Origin: Eledone cirrhosa
Lineage: Eukaryota
NCBI GenBank assembly: GCA_964016885.1
Contig: CAXHJY010000202.1
Span: 38,047 to 102,046 of the forward strand
DNA length: 64,000 bases
Reading direction: 5' to 3'
Part shown: piece after piece, positions 12,196-27,211 of the stretch
Layout of the letters: every line of letters starts with the position of its first letter
Position numbering within the stretch: position 1 is the stretch's first letter
Made by a program: the position numbers and the translations under genes
Notes under the pieces: model-generated
What the model was told of the DNA's origin: nothing
What the model saw: only the letters and a program-made list of their open reading frames with translations
The model's database searches: none

Positions 12196-13663
12196 CTTGG
12201 GCAATATATTATGATAAGATGGCAGTGACACTATCTGACCTTAACCCTTGGGGTTCTCAATTACCTGAACATTTATGTATTTCCAGCCCCAACCAGCCAG
12301 AGATTTTGTAAAGATTAATTGGTGACAGAATTGGTCGATTATTCGTCAGAATACTTTGCGATATTATCTTACTCTCTTTAGGTCAACTTTATTCTGTGTT
12401 CCGTTCGTATGATTTTTTTCAGGAAGCATCTCGCATATACAGACCCAATGCACCACATTGTTTCATTTTGCTACACAGTCTACATGCAAATACAATATAT
12501 TTTTCATCTATGTTGTTTCTGATATATCTTTTGATTGTCTACTCATGCTCTTTCCATTCATAATACTTGTCTCACTTCCTGGAATAAAGTGGTCGGATCA
12601 CAGAACCAGTTTAGATAATGCAAAACATCCCGTCTTAGTCTTTAGAATCCATATACCGGTACTTTATTTCTAGATCCCGAAAGACAGTAAAGCAAAGTCG
12701 AGATTTGAATACCGAGCGCAGAAGCCTGGAATCAATACTTGACGATGTTACAACTTTGCAAATTCGCTGCTTTGGAAAAGTGTAGAACTGGAATATTCTT
12801 CAGTTGTATCACTGGAACTACGGCTAAGATTATTTTCAGAGAAGTTAAAAAGTTTTAACGAATATTGAAACTAAATCAGATTATCAGCTATAAGAGAGGT
12901 TTACCCATACGCACTAACCAAATAAACTAAGTTTTGTTTCAACTGAGCATAGATGTCAGATTAACAGATACCCTAGAGGTTTACGTCTCGCTCTAACAAG
13001 CTAACCGAATTAATATATTTTCAACTGTACATAGATGCCAGGTTATCAGCTACACCAGAGATTTATTCCTCGCTCTAACACGCTAACCAAATTACAACTG
13101 AACGTAGATATTTCAGTTCCACTAATAACGCATCTGCACATGTCTCAAAGTACAGTATTAATGAATGCAACGTAATGAAAATCGATTATAATCGATACTG
13201 ACGTTAGATTGGGATATCAGATGTTATGATCTTACTACTTGATCTACACCACACACCGCTGGATAGAATAAATATTGATTCTCTGAGTCAAACTAATATT
13301 GAAAGTTGTTGTAAAAGGTCATAGTCTATTGGATTAACCTTACAATTATTAGAAAGAATCTTACACTTGCCACAATCTAGGGTGACCTCTACGAAGAATG
13401 TGTTCTTGGAATATAAAGCTTGATGATAAAATACTATGTGGAATATAATATCTAAGTTACATTTTTCTCCTTCCAACATTTTTGGAGTACGTTAATATTG
13501 ACTGACTTACAGTGACTAAAGGACCGGAAATGTGTTAGTGTGGACGATTAGTTGATTTGGCTTACTGTCAAACTATATGTGTTATTTATTCAAATGACCA
13601 TGGGGTGACATAGGGTGTCTTTATCAAAACACACACAGACACACACATATATACATACAGACA

Positions 13664-13751
<88 letters not shown>

Positions 13752-13826
13752 TCTGGATGCAGTTGAAATCTGTTTAGACCATTACTCACCAGATTATTTG
13801 ATATTTGGGGTAGTAGAGTATGGTAA

Positions 13827-13934
13827 TATGAAAGCATTGGGACCCCGGTGGCTGAGCTCGTACAGTTTCAATAGCTAGTTCCAGACTAGCTGTTAAAACG
13901 GCAAGAGCTCACCCATCAGGGCCAAAACTCTTTC

Positions 13935-13936
<2 letters not shown>
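13827..13936. mobile_element. Decayed fold-back fragment of the GAAACGGC/GAGCTC HHR family
   Basis: ATGAAAG..GGACCCCGGTGGCTGAGCTC / AAAACGGCAAGAGCTCACCCATCAGGG..CTTTCAT. Confidence 0.55.
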
Positions 13937-13991
<55 letters not shown>

Positions 13992-13997
<6 letters not shown>

Positions 13998-14165
13998 ATG
14001 TTGAAAAGGTAACACACCAGAGAGAGATATACAGTGCGTTATCAATAAAAGAGGGTGTGTTACCTTTTCAACATATTGTATTTTACAGAGGTCACGATTT
14101 CTTCTCCTTTGAGCGCATTATTTACAGGGAATAGCGAGGGCCTATGCCTCCGTTAATTTATCGTG

Positions 14166-14168
<3 letters not shown>
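13992..14168. mobile_element. Fold-back insert with 3' tail inside (TA)n
   Basis: 27-bp perfect arms TACAATATGTTGAAAAGGTAACACACC / GGTGTGTTACCTTTTCAACATATTGTA, then an ~85-bp tail. Confidence 0.65.
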
Positions 14169-14202
<34 letters not shown>

Positions 14203-14203
<1 letters not shown>

Positions 14204-14400
14204 TATAATATATGTCCTTTGAATCATATGATAAGATATATACTCAATTTCCTCTCGCAATTAGTATAATCAACCACACAAAAAAACAATTAAACCAGGC
14301 TATAAGATTAAAAGACACCTGTGAAGAAATAATAGATAAATAAACGATAGCCATCTATTCGCTATCAACAGCCATAGAATATTTACCCACCATTTCAATA
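14203..14400 (-). mobile_element. 3' terminal fragment of the PLE-type family also at 33765-34365, 34440-34895, 53041-53790 and 4640-4830
   Basis: Shared CTCAATTTCCTCTC.CAATTAG.ATAATCAACCACAC..GGCTATAAGATTAAAAG.CACCTGT, flanked by (TA)n. Confidence 0.75.
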
Positions 14401-14422
14401 TATATATATATATATATATTAA

Positions 14423-14462
<40 letters not shown>

Positions 14463-14611
14463 TTTTTTAAATATATGTTGGTTGTATACCAACACCCTAG
14501 TATGCAGATTGGAGCACTCGACGAAGTGCGCAGGTTGGTTTGGTTCCTCCGGAGTAATGTAAAATAAAGTAAAATAAAAAGTCAAATGTTTAAAATTTAG
14601 CTTTGTTTATT

Positions 14612-14666
14612 ACTGCTATATATATTTCGGTGACAGCCATCTTTGGCTGTGACCTCTTCAGGCAGT
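14612..14666 (-). ncRNA. Type I hammerhead ribozyme (mirror copy)
   Basis: Exact reverse complement of 14868-14922. Confidence 0.85.
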
Positions 14667-14867
14667 CCGAATTAGTGTGGTAGAGACGAGTACACATGTT
14701 GTTGAGGTGTATAACTTTGTCAATACTCTGATATGCCCAGTTCCTGGTTGGGTTGTTATTTCACTGAGGAACTGGAATAATATATGATTCCAGATCCTCA
14801 GTGAAATAAGTTGACAAAGTTATACACCTCAACAACATGTGTACTCGTCTCTACCACACTAATTCGG

Positions 14868-14922
14868 ACTGCCTGAAGAGGTCACAGCCAAAGATGGCTG
14901 TCACCGAAATATATATAGCAGT
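14868..14922 (+). ncRNA. Type I hammerhead ribozyme, canonical core
   Basis: ACTGC-CTGAAGA-[GGTCACAGCCA AAGA TGGCTGTCACC]-GAAA-TATATA-TA|GCAGT. Predicted AUA cut after 14917. Confidence 0.85.
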
Positions 14923-15633
14923 AATAAACGAAGCCAAATTTTAAACATTTGACTTATTTATTTTATTTTATTTTATTTTATATATATATATATAATTGCA
15001 TGTTATTACTGAGCAAGTCGGTCAGTTCGAAAAGATATATAACGCCATTATGAATTAGAGTCTAGAATCGATCCTTAAAATCATTATAAATATTTGACTC
15101 CCAATAAATTATTCAGGCTGAGTACGTAGTGATCAAGTAGAATAATTTTACATTATTATTTTTCCACCTTTTAACCCACCGACATTGATCATCCTATTAC
15201 TACATCAGTATAGCAATTGTCTTCTCCAAACACGCATGTAATCGCTACAAGTTAACAATATATTTACCTCCGAATAGTCATAGGACTTGTCCTTACTCCA
15301 TTTACTGACAAATACCCGCTGATGATATTCTGCCAGTCCTAAGTTGTATCATATTTAACTCTTAATATATGAATTTTTATTCACACACAATTAATAGACG
15401 TGGCAGAATTGAAATCACATGATACGAGTGAATAACAATTCTTTTAATGTTTCAATGTTTAATTTATTGAAACCCTTGTATATTTTATTTTGGTAATGTC
15501 GCTTCACGACTGTAACAAAATGTTTTACGACTCTTACTATTGAGCGGTGAACGACCTGTTTGAGAAGATTATAACGCTGTTATCCATTAGAGTTTTGTAT
15601 CGAGCAGTAAATGTATAATATATATATATATAT

Positions 15634-15729
15634 ATTAAAATAAGATATTAAAGTTTAAGCAAAGAATCACTGCTTTCACTCTTATCGAGCCCTCTTCGGA
15701 TTTTAGTCTTCTCATTTATTATTATTACT
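15634..15729. mobile_element. Inverted-arm + tail insertion of the Neptune-type PLE 3' repeat
   Basis: Reverse complement of ~7103-7152, joined at CTTA microhomology to the tail CTTATCGAGCCC..TTTATTATTATTACTA. Confidence 0.7.
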
Positions 15730-16549
15730 ATGTGTGTGTGTGTGTGTGTGTATGTGTGTGTGTGTGCGTGTGCGTGTGCGTGTGCGTGTGTGTGTGTGTG
15801 TGTCAGTGAGTGAGGGAGAGAAAGAGAGTGATTGTGTGTGTGTGTGTGTGTGTGTGAAACGTAAAAGGAAAAACACAACAGACGATGCTGTTCAATAAAG
15901 ATAAATATTAGAATAATAGTAGTAATATTATTAATAGAATCCAGGTTTGTGGTCAAGACGATGAGATTAAAGGAGGAAAACGCGTTGCTGAGTATCGTAC
16001 TGGTTTCTATCATTCACATAACTCGTGCATTAGCAAATAATAGGGTGTAATCAATTAAATCAATATAAGTTCATGACTGATACTCGAGGTTATATGGATC
16101 AATAAAGGAACCTCTATATGGTCGATAATCTGCTACGTATTCTGCCGTTTTTAAACAATAATACATTAGGAGAATGTGATCCAAGATTCAATAATCGTGA
16201 ACATTAGTCAGAATGGCTGTAGTTTGAATCCATTCCATCATAGAAATGTCAGTGGTTATATGTGGCGAAATAACTGTTTTGACTGAGACAGAAACCAACA
16301 ATGTTGGAAGAGGGGAAAGTCGATTAAGTCGAACCCCCGCAAAGATGAAAGGCAAAGCTAACATCGGGGGGGGGGGGGGATTTTAACCCCCACAAACCTT
16401 ATGCAGCAAAAGAAAATCTACAAAATCTGGGCAGGCATTGTATTGTACCCGCATCAACGTATTTCAATGACGAACCTAACAGAATTTGAACTTTAAATCT
16501 AAAACATCTGAGCTAAATATCATTCATCTTCAACACTGCTTTATAATGA

Positions 16550-16775
16550 TTACTAGTATAGGCACAAGGCCAGTAATTTGGGGGGAGGGGAAAGTTGATT
16601 AAATCGACCACAGTACGTTACTGGTGCTTTATTTTATCGACCCCGCAAGGATGAAAGGCAAAGTTAACCTCGGCGGGATTTGAACTCAGACCATAAAGGA
16701 GCGCAACTCTATGCTGCAAAGCATGGCGTCCGACTCTCTACCGATACTGCCAATCCACCGCCCTTTATAATAAAC
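16550..16775 (-). mobile_element. SINE copy, long-tail form
   Basis: Full consensus match. 16-bp TSD CACTGCTTTATAATGA at 16534-16549 and 16776-16791. Confidence 0.9.
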
Positions 16776-16829
16776 CACTGCTTTATAATGAAATTATTTA
16801 TTTGTCGCTTTGGAGCAAATGACAGATAG

Positions 16830-16975
16830 TAGCTGAAATGCTTTTACGGTCTTGTCCACATGGCGCAACCCCAACACTGCCGCACCCTACGCCTAGAGCC
16901 CATCGCCTTCCGTCTCTCCCTTCCCATTCTTCTCTGACCCCAGATCCCTTGCCCTTCCCTTCATTTTTCACTTTT
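16830..16975 (-). repeat. Unclassified dispersed repeat related to 37140-37285
   Basis: Reverse complement aligns loosely by eye: GAAGGGAAGGGCAAGGG..CAGAGAAGAA..GGGAGAGA..GGACAAGACCGTAAAAGCA. Confidence 0.45.
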
Positions 16976-17967
16976 AAATATCTGTAGTGTTGTTGTTATT
17001 TGAAATAATTTTGTTTACGATTGTTTTATATTTTCTTTTATAAAACATATTTAGCTGATAGATAAATATGGAGAGAAAATGTTTTCAAAATGCAGCCCAA
17101 TGTTATATATAGATGTTCTATAATAATATCGTATATGTTGTAAGTAGGTCACCTATTCCAAGTACCTGGCAAGAACATAGTTTATCTATTATAGGTGGTT
17201 GAATAGAAAGGTAATCGCAGGTAAAAATATGAACTCAGAATGTAAAGGATACAACTAAATACTGAACCAACGAAATATAGTCAAATATTTCACTTTGTCT
17301 GAGAATCAAAAGCTCTTGGACAACGCTAATATAGATGTGTATATTTTTCATAATTGAAATATTAATATATGCTGCACATTATGTTAGGTTTTCAGAAAAT
17401 TAACAATATTCAAATTTATACTTTTCTATGTAAAATTATTATAGAATATATCGATTTCCTTAACGTCTGCATGTTGAAGTCAAATTGTGCAGTTAATTCT
17501 ATTGATATAAGTTCTAATTAGATAATGCTGATTTCCGTTTCATATAAGATTCCTTTTGTGAGAATTCTCCACATTTTTATTGTTTTATTTTGCAACTTTA
17601 TTCTGAAATGAAGCTGCGAGCAATCTTGATGTCTAGTTTGCTAGAAAATTAATTTTCTTTTGAAATTGAATAAGTTATAAGTTATAAATTATATATTAAA
17701 TAAAAGAAACACGTTCGCAGTTATATTTCTTTAAGATTTATATGAAATCGTTATATTTGATGTGGCAATTTTTTTAAAGGCTTCAGCTGACACGGATACT
17801 TCCAGTTGATTTTAAATCGTGCAGAATATATATTTGTCTCTTGTTCCTTCTCTGTCTTTTGTATGACTCTAAACTGAGGTATTTCAAGTATCTATACAGT
17901 TTATACGTGATAATAATCACATAATGTATAAACATTGCAATGTTATGATTATTATATTTACTTCTTG

Positions 17968-18188
17968 AGGGTGGTACATTGGCAGTATCGATAGAGCGTC
18001 GGGCAACATACACTGCAGCATAGAGTTATGGCCCTTTACGTTCGGAGTTCAAATCCCGCCGAGGTTAGCTTTTCCTTTCATCCTTACTGGGGTCGATAAA
18101 ATAAAGTACCAGTAATGCACTGGGTGGCTTTAATCGACTTTCGCCTCCCCAAAAATGTTTGGCTTTGTGCCTAAATCAAAAGTCATTA
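17968..18188 (+). mobile_element. SINE copy, long-tail form; an older degenerate copy follows at ~18200-18400
   Basis: A-box, B-box and the GGGGTCGATAAAATAAAGTACCAG core. Confidence 0.85.
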
Positions 18189-18893
18189 TATTTACTTCTA
18201 AAGCGGTGAATTTGCAATATCGGGAGATTATCCGACGAAGAAGCCTTACAATATCTATGGTTAAACCTTTCTCCGTTAAATGCCAGTAGATTCAACTTTA
18301 GGTTTCATCCTTCCTGGGTCTATCAAAAAAGGGTAGCAGTTAAATAATGGGTCATATATAATCGACGTTTTCCTTGTCCCGAAGTGTTAGAAGGAATTAT
18401 GTTTACATGCTGTTGAAAGTAACAATTGCTGAGAGTAAAGAGTGAGATTGTGAATCATACTATATAATGGGGCGTACGTAAGAAGGACGAAATGTGGTAA
18501 AACCTACGGATTCTACACAGTCTCAATCTACTGGAAACCACTCAAATGGAATTGGTCAAGCTGTGACAAGAGTGGAAGCTATTTGTTGAAGGTAATGTGC
18601 ATTGCTATCAAACCTTGAGTTTATGTAAGTGTACGGGACATTTAACAGAGCTTCTTTTGGAGATATATCCACAATGAGCCAACTGGGTCGCGTTAGATTG
18701 AGAACAGATAGTAAATCGGTGTTTTTAACTTGCAGATAAAAGTAAAAAATTGAGTATAAATTATTCTCCTTATATTGCAGTAGGGATAGAACGTAAGAAC
18801 GTATAGATCTCTTATTATAGACATATATGCATCCTTACATACATGCATGCATTCATATATGCACACACATACACACTCATATCTCTCTCTCTC

Positions 18894-19315
<422 letters not shown>

Positions 19316-19392
19316 TGTGTGTTTCTTCCTCTTCTCTATCTATTTATTAATTCGTTTATTTCTCATTCTATCTTTTGATGAAAGACAAACCG

Positions 19393-19425
<33 letters not shown>

Positions 19426-21172
19426 ATATATATATATATAATCAATTTAAACGACCATGTAGAGCTAGTAAGCCACGACAGAATAGGGGAAGTATTGAGT
19501 ACTTCTTACAGTTGATAATCAAAAAGAGCTAGTGAGATAATTAATAAAATTAAAAAAGGATAAACAAGAAAAAATTAAATAAAAAAAATGAAAATGATTA
19601 AATGAAAATAAAAGTTGCAAATATTGAAGGCCAATGAGAGGCAGATTATGCATTAGAAAACGAAAATGATAAGGAAAATAGAAAATAGGGGATGCTGTAA
19701 AACAGCTAGAAGTTTCTGTTGTTGAATCTTTTCGTAGTTTCCATGTACTGAAAGTGTGTTGTTTATATTTGGTAGACCTTTAAACATATATTGAACTGCC
19801 AATATTTGTAGTTCTTTTAAATATTAGTTTCAACATATCTGTATGTGATATCTATTTAATTTTTTTTTACGTTTAAACGTGAAACTTATTTCCCTCTTGT
19901 ATCTGATACATGAAATTGAATTGATAACAAACCCGAAAAATATTCAATGTTGCATTCAGGATTCCTTTATATGTATCTAGTTGCATAATGTATTATCAAT
20001 ATATCACATTAACATGGCAGTTTTAGCATGATATACAAGATAACAAATAATAGATAATATATTAATACATACAGAAAACCAATTCAATACTTACATGCAA
20101 TTATACAAAGATTTCATAATATTCATATAGAGGTTTAGACAGATCTACAGTAAGACGGAAATCAACATCCATAATAGAGCTTTACGGACAAAGCTTGATC
20201 TATGGCTACTGAATTGATGCCAATAATGAACAACAGTTTCCTATTTAAACTGGCCAAGCAATTACAGCAATGAATGTGTTTAATATTATTGACAGAAATA
20301 TAAAGTCATTAGAAAATAGAATTAAATTAATCACAATAGGTTTCAATAATTGCATTTGTTATTATAAAGAAACATAACCAAAGAGTAGCTGAATATACTG
20401 CAGGCGAAATAGCATTAATACATTACTTATCGGTTTGACTTATCTGGTTTACACTCTCTGTCAATATATCTCGTCTCTTTGAAATTCGTAGCAGCGGAGT
20501 ATATTTCATGTTGGTTTAGTTTAAAATAGTGTCTAGATCTTCACTTGATAACAATATAATCATGAATTCATAAGATATCGGTATCTTAATGGCGTTTAAA
20601 ACTTTATTGCGGCTGTTAGTATCGCATCAAATAGGCTGGTTGATGATGACTCACACCGATGTTAGTACATATTTGATTTTCTTCTAATAATATATTGCGG
20701 AAAACATGGACGTAACGTAAGAGCTGCATTCTATTTGTTCTAGGTTTTCATACTACCATCACCAACTATAACAACAACCCCACAAACACACCCATTACCA
20801 TCATTAACATCAACCTCGTATTTTTCCGTCTTGAATAGGTTACAGGCGTCGGATCTAGTACAATATCTCTCTACTTCTATTTAAATGTCCCTGCACCTTT
20901 TCAGCCAACAGCTATTATAAACATTATAAAATAAAATAATTGTCAAGTTTCGATGTTGGGAAATAATTGAATGTATATTTCTCCTCACCTCGGGTGTAAT
21001 TGTTTGCTTTCGTACAATTTGCTCTTCGTGTAGAACGTGACCGTGAGTAGTTTTCCATAATCCTCCTTTTAATAATTCTTGTGTCACTAATTTGGAAATT
21101 ACAATTTTGCCACTGATCTCCCTTACGATTCGTTTATCATTCACTCAATAAAATAACACCCGTAATTACAAT

Positions 21173-21224
<52 letters not shown>

Positions 21225-21240
21225 GTGTGTGTGTGTGTGT

Positions 21241-21271
<31 letters not shown>

Positions 21272-21575
21272 GTGTTCTGTGTTTGTGTAAGTATGAAATT
21301 ATAGGTTATACTTTCTCTATTATATGGGTATTCCATCGTTTTTGTGAGGGAGCCAGGTCGAGGCACTAAATAACTCACACTACCGTATTAAAAGTAGATA
21401 CAATACGTGAAATAAAGGTGGGGGGGGGGGGCAGGAATAGAACACCTTTCATTATGGGACTGTCCGATTTTCTTATCAAAATGTGTACGAATACACACAC
21501 CTAATAGATGCAAACATACATACATACATACATACATGATGGCTGCCCCCCTCGTTATCGAGTATGGCCATTGCA

Positions 21576-21698
<123 letters not shown>

Positions 21699-21707
21699 AT
21701 ATCATAT

Positions 21708-22193
21708 ATTGATTTAGAAACTCAAAATGATCTTTTACAATTAAATAGCTCAAGGAAGGGAAATTTTCCGAGCCGTGTAATACAATTGAATATATGAGAG
21801 GAATGAACACAAATACAAGTATACATGTATTCGAATTGCAAATGACCAAGTTAGCTAGGTTGAAAAAATACTAATTTAAAACAATATGGTTTGCCTCTCT
21901 TGATTTAAAGTAATAAATCAATAAAAATAACAAACCTATATTGGGCAACCGCCGTTTGATACCCGGACAGATCTAAATCTGTTTCGCAACAATTATTAAG
22001 TGAAAGCCACCATTCCTGTGCTCTTCTGCGGGTATCCAGGAAATGTGTACCTTTCACTTCAAAAGAAGTAAGACTGAACTATGTGTCGAGACAGGCAAAC
22101 CATATTGTTTTAAATTAATATTTTTCAACCTAGCTAACTTGGTCATTTGCAAATCGAACACATGTATACTTGTATCGGTTTTCATCCCTCTCA

Positions 22194-22198
<5 letters not shown>
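21708..22198. mobile_element. Fold-back PLE-type element with an internal HHR
   Basis: Inverted arms ~21791-21899 and 22088-22198, tail 21708-21790, (TA)n flanks. Confidence 0.8.
21958..22036 (-). ncRNA. Type I hammerhead variant with CAGAAGA (U4A) core and full stems
   Basis: Minus strand: GATACCCG-CAGAAGA-[GCACA...TGTTGC]-GAAA-CAGAT[TTAG]ATCTG-TC|CGGGTATC. 8-bp stem I, GUC site, predicted cut between 21966 and 21965. Confidence 0.8.
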
Positions 22199-22246
<48 letters not shown>

Positions 22247-22352
22247 AAGGTTTAGCAAATAATGAAAAAGTTTCAAAATAAATTTTAAAAAATTGACTTT
22301 ACCTACTAGTTACCTTTACCGATCGGTTTCGAATCCCAAAAATAAACGGAGA

Positions 22353-22412
<60 letters not shown>

Positions 22413-22697
22413 TCATACACGGAACAAAAGCGTTTCTCAAGGATTTAAGGCTCAAATAGGACCATACTCCCAGAAAACAAACTCACTAACCAGGTTCAAT
22501 TACCCATATAATAGAGAAAGTAATTTAAAAGTTAAGATATGTTATATAATAACTCATAATTTCAGATTTAATGACAGGACATATACATGTTTGGTTTGGT
22601 TTGGTTTGGTTTGGTTTGGTTTGGTTTGGTGATATATTTGTTAAGCATTTGGAACCCTCTCTTAATAATTTGAAGAACTCAGCGTATGTGTGTCTAA

Positions 22698-23565
22698 CAG
22701 TGGATTGGCAGTATCGGTAGAGGGTCGGACGTCAAGCTTTGCAGCATAGAGTTACAGCCCTTTATGATCTGAGTTCAAATCCCGCCGAGGTTAACTTTGC
22801 CTTTCATCCTTACGGGGTCGATAAAATAAAGTACCAGTAATACACTGGGATAATTGCTGGCCTTGTGCCAAAAGTAGAAGCAATTATATGTTTGCTTATA
22901 TTTGGGATAGATTGGCAGTGTCGGCGGAGCGTCGGACAACATGCTTCGGAACATAGAGTTACGGTTCTTTACGTTCTGAGTTCAAATCCCACCGAGGGTA
23001 GCTTTGCCTTTCACCCTTACGGGGTCGATAAATAAAGCACCAGTAATACACTGGAGTTAATTTAATCGATTTTCCCTTCCCCCAAAATTGCTGCCTTGTG
23101 CCTAAAGTAAAAACAATTATATATTCGCTTCATCATTGTACAGGGTGGTCCGAAAGTCTCCTCACCCAAAAAGAAAATTATATTATTATTATTAGAAAAT
23201 GTTATTATTATTATATATTATAATTAATGTGTACAGACCACGATAGGACTTTATGAACGTTTGGATACTACTGTTGAATTGACTATCATCAATGTCCTGA
23301 TCTTTCATCAAAATAAAGTACCAGTAATGCACTGGGTAATTGCTGGCCTTGTGCCAAAAAGTAGAAACAATTATTTTCGTTGAATTGGCAGTATCGGTAG
23401 AGGGTCGGACGCCATGCTTTGACGCAGAGCTACGGCCCATGTCATTCTGAGTTCAAATCCCGCCGAGGTTAACTTTGCCTTTCATCCTTACGGGGTCGAT
23501 AAAATAAAGTACCAGTAATGTACTGGGTAATTGCTGGCCTTGTGCCAAAAAGTAGAAACAATTAT
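22698..23565 (+). mobile_element. Cluster of head-to-tail SINE copies (22698-22887, 22905-23120, 23307-23372 partial, 23381-23565)
   Basis: Repeated A-box/B-box/core/tail consensus. A solo Tc1/mariner-like end TA|CAGGGTGGTCCGAAAGTC lies at ~23139. Confidence 0.9.
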
Positions 23566-24521
23566 TTTCGTTATACGGCAATATATCTTCGAAAATAAAT
23601 CTATCTTTTCCTAATATAAGTATATAGCTATAAATATGTATGTTTATGTATTTCAAATATATTGATCTCTTCTAATATGCCTACATAAATTATGTATAGA
23701 AGGAAGTATGAGTAATATGGAAGGAAGATTTTTGAAGAGCGAGCTGGAATGAAACGTATTCCGATCATACATTTGACTCCAGCTACAATAATAATGTAAA
23801 TGAAAACTTTAGTAGATATTTTCTTATTTTATCCCAATAATATATTGATGATGCATTACCTCAGATAATATCACTGCCTTGTTCAGAAAGATTAAATACG
23901 TAAGTGTAGTCTCTGTCATTCCATTTCTTCTTCATCGAATATCTGACAAATTAAGAACATTATAGATATATATTTGATGTGATGGCTACTTTTTAACATT
24001 CCATGCAATTCCCAACTGTGAATGCGCTGAACACAAAATAATCACTCAATCAAAAAAGTATTAGAAGATCTATCAAAAAAAGGTTTTACAGTGTGATAGC
24101 ATCTGCTGTTGCTACAAGCGTCTTTGAATGTAAAACTATCGAGAGAAAATGAGTATAACATGCCTACCGGGTCATAATTACTATAATCAATCAATGCCGT
24201 TGATTTTTCTTCTTTATTTCATTACATTGAATATAAGGGATTTTAATTCTCTATGAAAGCTGACTTTCATATATTGGAAGGTGTTAGAGAATAAGAAGTT
24301 GTTACTATTTAGTCTCAAAGATAACACAATATATTATGAATAAGAATTAAAAAGAAATTCTATCAATACTTTCAATGGGATATTTCAAATTCTGTTTGAG
24401 AGAACATTGACACCGCGCGTCATTATCAATGTGACCGAATACATTATGGACAGAAACGAATGTCTATAAACAAATCATCGTCTATAAACAAATACGTACA
24501 CTCTACCACACGTATCTAATG

Positions 24522-24582
<61 letters not shown>

Positions 24583-24687
24583 CCGAAGAGATTGTTTTGG
24601 TAAAACAGGAGCAAGCGGGAGAAAGCTCTCAACATTCGTAGTTTGTAGTTTGTAGTTACGATGGAGATTCAGTATAAAAATAACATT

Positions 24688-25015
24688 AATAAAGATGGTG
24701 ATTGTTGCATAAATCGTTTGTTCATTATAATTATTTCAACGGTTCTCCCATGGAATTAAGATGTATGTCATGCATTTGTTGTTGTTATGAGAACGGTATC
24801 CTCAGATGAAAATCGATTTAGTGATACGTCTGGATGCACGAGCCGAAGGACGTGTGTATTTTTTTCCTACCGGCAGCATATCACTAAATCGAATTTCGTC
24901 TAAGGATACTGTTCTCATAAGAACAACGAATGCATGAATTACATCTTGATTGCATGGAAGAACCGATGAAATAATTATAATGAAAAAATGATTTATGTAA
25001 CATCAACATCTTTAT
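24688..25015. repeat. Older fold-back element between (TA)n tracts
   Basis: Diverged inverted arms ~24688-24827 and 24877-25015 (AAATCGATTTAGTGATA / TATCACTAAATCGAATTT). Confidence 0.7.
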
Positions 25016-25041
25016 AAATATTATATATATATATATATATA

Positions 25042-25080
<39 letters not shown>

Positions 25081-25119
25081 GTGCGTGTGTATGTGTGTAT
25101 GTGTGTATGTGTGTGTGTA

Positions 25120-25165
<46 letters not shown>

Positions 25166-25180
25166 CGTGTGCGCGCGCGC

Positions 25181-25219
<39 letters not shown>

Positions 25220-25819
25220 CGTGCGTGCGCGCGTGTGTGTGTGTGTGTGTGTGTGCGTGCGCGTGCGCGTGTGTGTGTGTAATAAAAGACCGATAGGTTT
25301 CAAAAGGCTGGTAAAATGCGGTAGAAATATATAAAACGCAATGGATGATAAATGAAACAAAATAAAATAATTTTTTGCCCAGTATATTGCAAATGTGAAA
25401 CAAAAACGAACGAACGATCGATGCATGTATACTTCCTTAACTGGCCTACGTGTCTAAAATACGCATGCGTGGGATCGTCATAGTGGCCAATCTGCTTTGT
25501 CCATTTTCAACCTATTATTTATGTGTTGTTTTTCTTATTGATTATAATGTCCTCTTTGATTCGTAAATTGCCCACTTTCCTTTCTTTCGCTTCTATTGTA
25601 TCTTCAATATCTTTGTCGCATCATATGTCAAGATGATTTTAGCAAAAGAAGCTCCCGCCCCCCGTGCGACCCTTGATTCGTATTTGCAGAATTCGGACAC
25701 ACATCCAATGTACGAGGATATGTGACTGTAGGTATTTTATCAGATATCTCATACTGTTTCATATTAACTATACTTATATATATATAAAGATTAAGAAGTA
25801 CCAATAATTGCAACAATGT

Positions 25820-25862
<43 letters not shown>

Positions 25863-26007
25863 TAAATCTACCAAAAGTTTACGGTAGTGTCCAATCCGTA
25901 TGAGTATGCATACCAACTCTAACACATATATATCCTAGAAACGATCGTAAAATAATTAATTTTTCTAATATAAGGAACTGTTTCTTTGTTTATTCATTAT
26001 TTTTTTA

Positions 26008-26118
<111 letters not shown>

Positions 26119-26142
26119 TCAGTGAGAGAGCGATATTAGGCG

Positions 26143-26177
<35 letters not shown>

Positions 26178-26230
26178 CACACACATACACACACACACGC
26201 ACACCCACCCACAGATACACGCACACACAC

Positions 26231-26299
<69 letters not shown>

Positions 26300-26327
26300 T
26301 GTGTGTGTGTGTGTGTGTGTGTATGTA

Positions 26328-26360
<33 letters not shown>

Positions 26361-26735
26361 GAATGTACATATATGTAGGTATATATATTATGCATTAACA
26401 GGCAGAGAAAGGGAGATAGAAAATGAACTATGTAGGCGGAAAGACAGAAAAAGTATCTGAAATAGAACATGGCAATCATTAGTATTTCTAAATAACTTAT
26501 TACTTTGTCCTAATACTTTCATTAGTTATGATAACACTGTAGCATTGTAAAATGTGTTTGAATCGTATAGAAATAAAATATATACATACGTTCAGACCAA
26601 TATATACACACACACGTATACACACCCCACATCCTCACACAATCGGCATACCGCCTATGGAAGCATCTTAGCTACCATCAGACACATTATATATTTATAT
26701 TTATACATATATAAATATATATGTGTGTGTGTGTG

Positions 26736-27211
<476 letters not shown>

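Larger units (their letters stand above)
14470..14980. mobile_element. Young fold-back PLE-type element with an HHR on each arm
   Basis: Near-identical inverted arms ~14563-14722 and 14809-14965, an inner hairpin at 14756-14809, and an unpaired tail at 14470-14560. Confidence 0.85.

Noticed and set aside
22698-23565. Regularly repeated units resembling a CRISPR array or tRNA gene cluster
   Set aside because: The units are whole SINE copies with A/B boxes. There is no cloverleaf, no unique-spacer pattern and no cas genes, and the context is eukaryotic.
24785-24830. GAAA-ATCGAT-TT palindrome in the 24688-25015 fold-back
   Set aside because: The core is not convincing, stem I would be mostly wobble pairs, and it points inward unlike the other HHRs
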